From positions 4,137-28,136 of the forward strand of contig DAIRVI010000005.1 of the NCBI GenBank assembly GCA_036802885.1: a stretch of 24,000 nt of DNA, read 5' to 3'. The notes beneath the pieces were generated by a model. That model was not told the DNA's origin. It made no database searches and worked only from the letters and a program-made list of their open reading frames with translations. Source of the stretch: Pyrinomonadaceae bacterium. Lineage in GTDB: Bacteria; Acidobacteriota; Blastocatellia; Pyrinomonadales; Pyrinomonadaceae. Made by a program: the position numbers and the translations under genes. Positions within the stretch are counted from its first letter, which is position 1, and each line of letters opens with the position of its first letter. Positions 13,963 to 21,081 of this stretch are shown piece by piece.

Positions 13963-14874
13963 CTAGTTTCTACCAACGGCTTTTTTGAACGCTTCTTTCG
14001 CCAATAATTTGGGCGAATTCATCGTAGCCATGTAAAACGGAACGACGCAGCCGCATTTATCACAATCGGCATTGTCGCCCATCATACATTTGCCTTTCGG
14101 ATTACCATCTGCCCCGAGCGTAAATGCCTTTTCCCTGAAAAGGCATTTATCTGTTACGCTCCGTGAATTATGCGATCTCATCAGGTCAAGCGTCGAATCC
14201 AGCATATTAATAAAGCCGGGATATTTACGTTTGAGGGCGTGAAGATCATCGATGATACGGTCGCGGGTTTTCCAATCGAGCCACAACGATTCGTCGAGCT
14301 TATTCACCGGTGTAAAGAAATCGAAAATAATTCCGCCGCGGGCCAATGGCCCCCATTCGACGATCAGGTCTTCGATACATTCCACGGTCAGACTGGTTAT
14401 AACACAGGAGATCTGGATCTTCAGATCAGGATGACGAAGTACGTTCTCTTTGATCTTTTGATAAATGCCGGGGGCACGCATTTTGGCAAACGCCTCTTCG
14501 GTGCCGTCGATCGAGATGACCCAAGTGCAATCGGTCCAGTCGGGCAACTCCATTGTGCCATTCGTAACTATAGTATTGTGCTTGAAATATTTACGGCCAA
14601 CATCGATCAGCTCTTTGCGCACCATCGGTTCGCCGCCTACCCAGGTGCAAAGCAACATCGGGTCTCCGGCCGCCTTCATCGCCTCAAACTTTTCAACCCA
14701 TTTATCGACAGTCAGCTCAACCTCTTTGTGCTCCTCCGCAAAGAAATAGCAATGCTCACAACGAAGGTTGCACCGTTTTGTGACGTCGATCGACCCAACG
14801 GCGTTCGCAGGCATTCCGAACACCAACATCCGCGTCAGCGCACCTAAATTCTTAACGGTTTTGGCGATCTGCAT
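13963..14874 (-). CDS. Radical SAM protein (303 aa) with a C-terminal four-Cys cluster (possible auxiliary Fe-S site)
   Basis: It has the CNLRCEHC (CX3CX2C) motif at residues about 35-42, a GGEP motif (WVGGEPMV), and C-terminal CMMGDNADCDKCGC. Its ATG overlaps the upstream gene's stop in TAATG (14872-14876). Confidence 0.85.
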   Translation of the reverse strand: MQIAKTVKNLGALTRMLVFGMPANAVGSIDVTKRCNLRCEHCYFFAEEHKEVELTVDKWVEKFEAMKAAGDPMLLCTWVGGEPMVRKELIDVGRKYFKHNTIVTNGTMELPDWTDCTWVISIDGTEEAFAKMRAPGIYQKIKENVLRHPDLKIQISCVITSLTVECIEDLIVEWGPLARGGIIFDFFTPVNKLDESLWLDWKTRDRIIDDLHALKRKYPGFINMLDSTLDLMRSHNSRSVTDKCLFREKAFTLGADGNPKGKCMMGDNADCDKCGCVVPFYMATMNSPKLLAKEAFKKAVGRN

Positions 14875-16850
14875 TACGCAACCCCGACGGGCTCGGCTTC
14901 CGTTTCCTCAACTTCCGCGACCAAATACGGCGAGGTTGCGACCGAATCAAGGTCTTCCGAAACGATCTTTGCGATCACCGGCAAACTCAAGCTGCGGGTT
15001 TTCGCAATTCCCGGCACTTCGTGACCCTTGGCATATACAGCATGGCGGCCGTGCTCTTTATACCACTCGGAAAGCGACGCGGTCTTGTGCATTTCCTCGA
15101 TGATCTGACGCCAGCCGACGCCGGTGTTGTAGGCGCAAAAACTGACTTCGCCTTCTTGCGTGCCATACGGGATCACGCACATCTCGGTGCGGCGGAAATC
15201 GTAGTTGAATAGGTCCTGAAACCACATTCCCTCAACGCAGAGGACACGCCAATTGTCGTCGCTGTTCGTATCCTGGCCCGCACTTGTCATGCGATCATTG
15301 CGGTCGGAATTTGCGTTCGTCGATGACGGTTTGAATAAATTCAGGATCTGCGAGATCGGAAAGCCTTCAGGCGCCCTTCCGGCGTCGAAGTTTCGCATGA
15401 TCGCCATACCGAGCTGCGCCATCGTGAGTTTCTTGCCACGAGCCGTGTCGGTGATGACGGTGACGTCCTTCATAAACTGCTCATAGTTAAAGAAATCGAA
15501 CAGCGACGTCATCTGATTCGTGTTCTTATTGACCACGATCAGCGTAAAAATACCGCAGTTCGGGTGGCAGTTGCACGAAGACCAGCCCCACGGAGCGTCC
15601 GCGCCTTGCAGCATATCCATCACGCTAGTGAACGCCGAATACGAACTGAGCGGAAACCAATCGCGAAGCGGCTCAAGCACACCGTCAAGCTGCGCTTTAA
15701 GATCATGCGTCATTCCTGACAGCGTGTATCGCTGTGCGATGCGGTCCTTGTCCGACACGTCTTCGTCGCGGCCGGTAAACGAAACAGGCTGGAAAGCGAT
15801 GGTCTGCACCTTATCGATATTCTCAGCAGCAAATTTAACGATGCTGCCTATCCCGGAATTGTTCCATGAATTAACAATGGTCGTGACGAGCGTCACCTTG
15901 ATGCCAACCGAAGCGAGATTCTCGATGGCTTTGAGCTTTACGTCAAACAGATTGCCGACGCCGCGATGTTTGTTGTCTTCGTCGTTGGTTCCGTCGAACT
16001 GTAAATAAACGCCGTGCTGCCCTGCGGCCTTTGCGGCTTTGCAAAATTCGATGTCCTCGGCGTATCGAATGCCGTTCGTCGCGGCAAGGATGCGGTAAAA
16101 ACCGATCTTCTTCGCGTACGCAACCGATTCGAGAAAGTGCGGTGCGATGGTCGGTTCGCCGCCGGAGAAAAGGATGATGATCTGCCGACGCGGCTTGAAC
16201 GAAACAGCTCTGTCGAGGATCTCTTTCGTGTCCTCGAACGTCGGTTCGTGCACATAACCGACCTGATTCGCATCCATAAAGCACGGATTGCACATCATGT
16301 TGCAGCGGTTTGTCAGATCGACGGTGAGCACCGCCCCGCGGCCAAATTTAATATCCGAAGTGCCATGATGATGAACGTGTTTGTCTTCGGCAGCCTTAAA
16401 ATCGCGGCCGTAAAACAACGATTCGATGCGTTCGAGAAACTTCGGATCGGTCGCCATCACATCTGTAAACTCGCCGTGCGTCGGGCAGATCTTTTTCATC
16501 ACAACCTGGCCGTTTTCCTCGACGATCTGAGCCTTGATCTCGCCGGGATGCGAATTCATCAAGATCTCAAGCGGGATCGTTTTATTGATCACGCCCTCGC
16601 GAACGCTCTTGACGCACGCCGGGCAAAGCGAATCGGTCTCACGCGGAAAACCAAGTGGCGGCGCCGTGCGCTCGTACGATTTGAGCAGCGGTTCGGCAGC
16701 CCATTTCGGCGTAATCGCCTCGCTCTCAGGCAAAGCCTTGTTCACAGCCTGAAAAGTCTTCCAGCCGATATCCGCCGCCGCCGAAGCCATCTTCGACCCT
16801 TTCCGTCCTTTCCCGCCTTTTTCCCCACGTCTAAAATTGTCGCTAAACAT
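14874..16850 (-). CDS. Large radical SAM enzyme of the class D / MJ0619 (GDGT-MAS, Tes tetraether-lipid-synthase) type
   Basis: The N-terminal zinc-ribbon/rubredoxin-like pattern SLCPAC...(about 45 aa)...ICPTHGEF is followed by DLTNRCNMMCNPCF (radical SAM CX3CX2C) and FSGGEPT. Further Cys clusters are present (SSCNCHPNC, MCVIPYG, SFCAYN). I prefer ATG 16850, with GGAG 9 nt upstream. Alternatives are GTG 16874 and ATG 16790. Confidence 0.8.
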   Translation of the reverse strand: MFSDNFRRGEKGGKGRKGSKMASAAADIGWKTFQAVNKALPESEAITPKWAAEPLLKSYERTAPPLGFPRETDSLCPACVKSVREGVINKTIPLEILMNSHPGEIKAQIVEENGQVVMKKICPTHGEFTDVMATDPKFLERIESLFYGRDFKAAEDKHVHHHGTSDIKFGRGAVLTVDLTNRCNMMCNPCFMDANQVGYVHEPTFEDTKEILDRAVSFKPRRQIIILFSGGEPTIAPHFLESVAYAKKIGFYRILAATNGIRYAEDIEFCKAAKAAGQHGVYLQFDGTNDEDNKHRGVGNLFDVKLKAIENLASVGIKVTLVTTIVNSWNNSGIGSIVKFAAENIDKVQTIAFQPVSFTGRDEDVSDKDRIAQRYTLSGMTHDLKAQLDGVLEPLRDWFPLSSYSAFTSVMDMLQGADAPWGWSSCNCHPNCGIFTLIVVNKNTNQMTSLFDFFNYEQFMKDVTVITDTARGKKLTMAQLGMAIMRNFDAGRAPEGFPISQILNLFKPSSTNANSDRNDRMTSAGQDTNSDDNWRVLCVEGMWFQDLFNYDFRRTEMCVIPYGTQEGEVSFCAYNTGVGWRQIIEEMHKTASLSEWYKEHGRHAVYAKGHEVPGIAKTRSLSLPVIAKIVSEDLDSVATSPYLVAEVEETEAEPVGVA

Positions 16851-16953
16851 ATAGTTACTCCGTCGAGTAGACACACTACTCCCGCCCGAATTCTAGCAAA
16901 TTTGGTAAGGGATTACTATTCAGCTTGCCACAAGTGGCTATTACAAACGTAGC

Positions 16954-17730
16954 CTATCCGGGACCATCCGCAATCCAAACTCTGAGAATCTTCATTTGCC
17001 CTAATTCTTTTACAACAGTAAAACGCCATTTTCCCCAAACACCCTTAATTCGGGCTTCCACATCAATAACATTTCTGTATTTTGTGTAAGAGCCGAACAG
17101 AATTTCCGGAGATTCGGTGTCGGCGTGAGCTGAGACTCTGTCCTTAAGAATCTTTCGAAGTTGGCTTCCAAACTGAGAGCGAACAACCTTAGCAATGGCG
17201 TTATGTATGGCGGTCAGGTCAAACAATTCGGCTTCTGAGGTAGCCGCTTTGCTTGAGTTAGAATCTTTTTCACTCCACAACTTTTTGTAAAGCGTCTTTT
17301 GCCGCCGATTCAGCCTTGACATTACCCTTGGCCTAATTGCTGTTTGAAAGACGTCAAAGTCAAGGCGTGTTTTTCGCTCATCATTGGATTCTGAGTAGAA
17401 ATATACCCAATAGAGCCATTCATCCGTCTGTGACGCCATAAATGCTCGCTCCAGTATCGGCGTGTCGAAGGATTGTAAATGGTCCTCGGTTAACATTTCT
17501 GTCAATCCAGCTTCAATCGTTAATCGACGCATTGCTCGATCTTTGACGTACATCGTACCAAAGACGGTTGCAAAATCGAGAGTCGTTCCAAACTGACTCA
17601 TCGCTCGAATGATAAGTTCTTCGGCATCCCGCAAATCTCGCTGTTCGCCCCAGGTTTGGGGCCTTGGAGGTTGTGCCGCCATAAGACTGGCGAGAAGAAG
17701 AAATAAAAATAACGCTCTTGTAAGTCTCAT
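16954..17730 (-). CDS. Hypothetical secreted protein (258 aa)
   Basis: It has a clear signal peptide (MRLTRALFLFLLLASLMAAQP) and no recognisable domain. It is markedly AT-richer than its neighbours. My count for nt 17001-17100 is 36% GC, against 55% for 15001-15100. Confidence 0.6.
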   Translation of the reverse strand: MRLTRALFLFLLLASLMAAQPPRPQTWGEQRDLRDAEELIIRAMSQFGTTLDFATVFGTMYVKDRAMRRLTIEAGLTEMLTEDHLQSFDTPILERAFMASQTDEWLYWVYFYSESNDERKTRLDFDVFQTAIRPRVMSRLNRRQKTLYKKLWSEKDSNSSKAATSEAELFDLTAIHNAIAKVVRSQFGSQLRKILKDRVSAHADTESPEILFGSYTKYRNVIDVEARIKGVWGKWRFTVVKELGQMKILRVWIADGPG

Positions 17731-17809
17731 AATTACTTAACCGAAAACTTCAAGATATTTCACGCCGGAGCGGTATTGAAGATGGCAACGGCCCCACCTC
17801 AATGCTGCT

Positions 17810-18160
17810 CTATGAACTGCCGAAACGCACCTTTGTCTCGGTCACGGTAACGAACTGATCTGGCAGTTTGTCAGCGTGGGCCGTGAGAAGTTTTTGTAGA
17901 ACCTCGATCTTGTTTGCGGCTCTTTCGTCAGTAAGGCGAAAGAAGATTATTCCATGGTGCTCACGGCGTTCGCGATAAATGAGTTCGCCGAAATCTTTGT
18001 CGTTGGTAATTAAGATCCAATTCTCAATGACGGCTTTGGCGAGAATGTCGTCGTCCTGTTCGCCCCGTGACTGATCGAATACAGAATAGACCTCGTAACC
18101 TTCGGCGGCCAGCCAGGCGGCGACTTTTGGGCCGGTGCATTCGTCAACCAAAAACCGCAT
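17810..18160 (-). CDS. DUF5615 (COG4634) PIN-like protein, putative toxin
   Basis: MRFLVDECTGPKVAAWLAAEGYEVYSV...ILITNDKDFGELI is a typical DUF5615 pattern. It starts immediately after the stop of the DUF433 gene (TAGATG). Confidence 0.8.
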   Translation of the reverse strand: MRFLVDECTGPKVAAWLAAEGYEVYSVFDQSRGEQDDDILAKAVIENWILITNDKDFGELIYRERREHHGIIFFRLTDERAANKIEVLQKLLTAHADKLPDQFVTVTETKVRFGSS

Positions 18161-18409
18161 CTAAGCTGTCTCCATAACGAGCGGCATAAATTCGGTACGG
18201 CTTAGCGATTCTCCGGCGAATAAAAGACAGGCGTGAATGTCTTCGGGCTGGAGGCCTTTGTATTCATCCAATATTTCAGCGGTCGTCGCACCGTGAGCGA
18301 GAAGGTTTAGTATGAATTCGACGGTTAGGCGCGTCCCTTTGATGACCGGCTTGCCCGTCATGACCTTTGGATTGAGTGTTATTCGCTCTAGCAATAGCTG
18401 ATCGTTCAT
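18161..18409 (-). CDS. DUF433 (COG2442) protein, putative antitoxin
   Basis: ITLNPKVMTGKPVIKGTRLTVEFILNLLAHGATTAEILDEYKGLQPEDIHACLLFA is a canonical DUF433 core. It is adjacent to and upstream of the PIN-like gene. Confidence 0.8.
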   Translation of the reverse strand: MNDQLLLERITLNPKVMTGKPVIKGTRLTVEFILNLLAHGATTAEILDEYKGLQPEDIHACLLFAGESLSRTEFMPLVMETA

Positions 18410-18426
18410 AACTGTGATAATCGCAC

Positions 18427-18451
18427 ATTTTCTTTGCTTTCAAAAGAAAAT
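18427..18451 (-). terminator. AT-rich hairpin just downstream of thrC (possible weak terminator)
   Basis: attttcttt (18427-18435), a 7-nt loop, then aaagaaaat (18443-18451). This forms a perfect 9-bp stem made almost entirely of A-T pairs (8 of 9). There is no clear trailing U-run on the minus strand. Confidence 0.25.
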
Positions 18452-18455
18452 CTTT

Positions 18456-19649
18456 CTACTCAAACGCTTCGAGATACTTGATGCCGGAGCCGGTGTTGAA
18501 GATGACGACGGACTCGTGTTCGTGCACGAGGTTTTGGTCGATCAGTTTTCGTAGAGCGGGGAGGCAGGCGGCGCCTTCGGGAGCGGTGAAGATGCCTGTT
18601 AGAGCTCCGATCTCGGCGACGGCGGCGGTGAGTTCGGCGTCGGTGACGGTGACGGCGGTGCCGTTGGACGCACGGATGGCGTCGAGGATCAGAAAATCGC
18701 CGATGCACTTTGGCACGCGAAGCCCGGAAGCGACGGTCGTGGCGTTTTCGAACTCGTCGGCAAAGCGTTCGCCCGCGTGAAAAGCACGCACGATCGGAGC
18801 GCAAGTCTCGGACTGCACTGACACCATTCGCGGACGTTCAGAACCGATCCAGCCCATCTGCTCCATCTCGTCAAAGGCTTTCCACATCCCGATCAAGCCC
18901 GTGCCGCCGCCGGTTGGATAGAGGACGACGTCAGGGAGAGTGACAAGTGACAAGTGACGAGTGACAAGCGAAGAAAACTGCTCGAAGAGTTCGAAGCCCA
19001 TCGTCTTTTTGCCCTCGACGCGGTAGGGCTCTTTGAGGGTGGAGACGTCGAACCAGCCCATTTCTTCTTTTCGCTTGGCAACGATCGCACCGCAGTCCGT
19101 GATGAGGCCGTCGACAAGTGTGACGTTTGCTCCGGTCTGTTGGCATTCGACGATGTTCGCCCGCGGGGTGTCGGCGGGCATAAAGATGTTGGCTTCCATA
19201 CCGGCGAGTGCCGCGTAGGCGGCCATCGCTCCGGCGGCGTTTCCGGCACTTGGCACGGCGAGTTTTGTCACGCCAAGCTCTTTCGCCATCGAGATCGCGG
19301 CGGTCATTCCTCGAGCTTTGAACGACTGCGTCGGATTCTGGCCTTCATCTTTGATGTAGAGGTCGAGTTTGATAGGCAAGGTCGCCGCTAGCCTGTCCGT
19401 TCGAAACAAAGGCGTCCAGCCTTCGCCCAAGGTGACAACGTTCGCCGCATCCTCAACCGGCAAAACCTCACGGTAACGCCACAGGTTCGGTTCGCGTGTC
19501 TTCAGCGAATCGCGTGTAAATGTCACCGCCGCTTTTTCGAGATCATAGCGAACAAGCAAAGGCTTGCCGCAGGTGATACAGAGATTTTGCAGCGTATTCG
19601 CCTCATGCCGCAGGCCGCAGAGGGCGCATTCGAGATGGGTGACGTTCAT
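18456..19649 (-). CDS. thrC: Threonine synthase (with N-terminal Cys-rich zinc-ribbon)
   Basis: The PLP-lysine motif is [10 protein letters not shown]. Also present are [19 protein letters not shown] and the N-terminal CALCG...CITCG. The gene is intact despite an internal heptamer repeat. Confidence 0.9.
   Translation of the reverse strand: MNVTHLECALCGLRHEANTLQNLCITCGKPLLVRYDLEKAAVTFTRDSLKTREPNLWRYREVLPVEDAANVVTLGEGWTPLFRTDRLAATLPIKLDLYIKDEGQNPTQSFKARGMTAAISMAKELGVTKLAVPSAGNAAGAMAAYAALAGMEANIFMPADTPRANIVECQQTGANVTLVDGLITDCGAIVAKRKEEMGWFDVSTLKEPYRVEGKKTMGFELFEQFSSLVTRHLSLVTLPDVVLYPTGGGTGLIGMWKAFDEMEQMGWIGSERPRMVSVQSETCAPIVRAFHAGERFADEFENATTVASGLRVPKCIGDFLILDAIRASNGTAVTVTDAELTAAVAEIGALTGIFTAPEGAACLPALRKLIDQNLVHEHESVVIFNTGSGIKYLEAFE
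18938..18972. repeat. Heptanucleotide tandem repeat (RAGTGAC x5) inside thrC
   Basis: Read directly: gagtgac aagtgac aagtgac gagtgac aagcgaa. On the coding strand this translates as [12 protein letters not shown]. Confidence 0.85.
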
Positions 19650-19654
19650 ACAGT

Positions 19655-20350
19655 CTACTCTCGCAGCATGGGTTTGAGGGCCTTGTAGACATTCTCAGTC
19701 ATGATCTTTGCGCCGTCTGCATTCGGGTGGATGCCGTCGGGCTGATTGAGCTCTTTTTTTGTCGCTATGTTATCGAGCAAAAAAGGTAGGAATTCGACCT
19801 TGTGCTCGCTGGCGAGGTCCGGAAAGGCAAGCATGAAATCCCGCTGATACGCGGCGCCCATAGTCGGCGGCGCGAGCATTCCACAGAGTAGAACTTTGAG
19901 GTTTTTTGACTTGGCCTTGCGGATTATTTTATCGAGATTATCCTTCATTTTCGCAACCGGAACGCCGCGAAGCAGGTCATTGGCGCCGAGTTCGAGTATG
20001 AGAATCTTGGCATTCTCCTGCTCCAGCACCCAATCGCTTCGTTCAAGCCCACCGAGGCTCGTGTCACCAGAAACTCCGGCGTTAACAACCTCAAAATCAT
20101 AGCCATCGGCTTTGAGTTTTTCCTGAAGCAAATACGGGTATGATTCCTTTTCCGTTAGGCCAAATCCCGCCGTCAGGCTGTCGCCAAACGCAATTATCTT
20201 AGGCCGGCTCGCCATGATCTGCGGTGTTGCAAGCGGCTTATTTGTAGCGGTGACGGTTCCTGATCGGCTGCCGGAACTGCCGCAAGATAAGAGCAATGAC
20301 GTGAGAAATATGAAACCTACAACTGCCGTTTTTCGAATATGACAACGCAT
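19655..20350 (-). CDS. tesA: SGNH/GDSL hydrolase, TesA-like (thioesterase I/lysophospholipase L1/arylesterase), predicted lipoprotein
   Basis: The SGNH blocks are IIAFGDSLTAGFG, GVSGDTS, ELGANDLLRG and DGIHPNADG. A lipobox is present (SLLLSCGSS). The gene is divergent from ybbA/ybbP-like genes, as in E. coli. Confidence 0.8.
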   Translation of the reverse strand: MRCHIRKTAVVGFIFLTSLLLSCGSSGSRSGTVTATNKPLATPQIMASRPKIIAFGDSLTAGFGLTEKESYPYLLQEKLKADGYDFEVVNAGVSGDTSLGGLERSDWVLEQENAKILILELGANDLLRGVPVAKMKDNLDKIIRKAKSKNLKVLLCGMLAPPTMGAAYQRDFMLAFPDLASEHKVEFLPFLLDNIATKKELNQPDGIHPNADGAKIMTENVYKALKPMLRE

Positions 20351-20400
20351 AAATTGACACTTTATTGTACGCTAAAGCGGTACCGAAAGATGCAAATTCT

Positions 20401-21066
20401 ATGATCGAATTAAGGAATGTAACCAAAATCGTCCAATCGGGCACTGAGGACTTGACGATACTCGATGATGTTTCTTTTGAGATACCGGACGGGCAATTCG
20501 TCGCCGTTACCGGTGCCTCGGGCAGCGGCAAATCTACGCTCCTCGGCCTAATTGCGGGTCTTGACGCACCGACGACGGGCAGCATCCTGATCGACGACGA
20601 CGAGATCACAAAGATGGGCGAGGACGGTCTTGCGAGGATCCGCAGCGAGAAGATCGGCTTTGTGTTTCAGTCGTTTCATCTTATCCCAAGCCTGACGGCC
20701 CACGAGAACGTCGTTATACCGATGGAGATACTCGGCCTAGCGGATGTGCGCAGCCGTGCCGACCAACTGCTCGAACAAGTCGATCTCACGAATCGTGGAC
20801 ATCACTATCCGGCTGAGCTTTCGGGCGGCGAACAGCAGCGCGTCGCGATCGCACGGGCATTCGCCAATTCACCGAAAATACTGCTCGCGGACGAACCGAC
20901 CGGAAATCTAGATACAAAAAATGGTCAGCATATTTTTGACCTGATGAAGAACCTGCATAAGCAGAACGACGTGACATTGATCCTGGTAACGCACGACGCG
21001 GCGCTCGCTGCGCAGGCTCAGCGGCGAATCGTCTTAACGGACGGGCGTGTTTCGAGCGACGAGTGA
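20401..21066 (+). CDS. ybbA: ABC transporter ATP-binding protein, YbbA/LolD-MacB-type
   Basis: It has Walker A (GASGSGKST), the signature LSGGEQQRV, and Walker B (ILLADEPTG). I prefer ATG 20401 (MIELRNV...). The ORF-track start at 20365 is a TTG that adds 12 aa. Confidence 0.85.
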   Translation: MIELRNVTKIVQSGTEDLTILDDVSFEIPDGQFVAVTGASGSGKSTLLGLIAGLDAPTTGSILIDDDEITKMGEDGLARIRSEKIGFVFQSFHLIPSLTAHENVVIPMEILGLADVRSRADQLLEQVDLTNRGHHYPAELSGGEQQRVAIARAFANSPKILLADEPTGNLDTKNGQHIFDLMKNLHKQNDVTLILVTHDAALAAQAQRRIVLTDGRVSSDE

Positions 21067-21081
21067 CGAGAGCTATAGGTA

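Noticed and set aside
16014-16952. A 312-aa plus-strand ORF, with others at 15520-16008 and 14170-14847
   Set aside because: These are entirely antisense to the radical SAM genes, which have strong motif support. Their Arg-rich, domain-free translations are shadow ORFs of GC-rich coding sequence.
18460-19391. Several 60-145-aa ORFs on both strands inside thrC (for example 18460-18804, 18893-19249, 18954-19391)
   Set aside because: They overlap an intact, motif-rich threonine synthase. Their RR/HR/SS-rich translations look like frame artefacts.
20354-20382. TTGACA at 20354-20359 as a promoter for the ybbA-like gene
   Set aside because: No acceptable -10 hexamer lies at 16-18 nt spacing (gcggta or agcggt), so a lone -35 match is not evidence.
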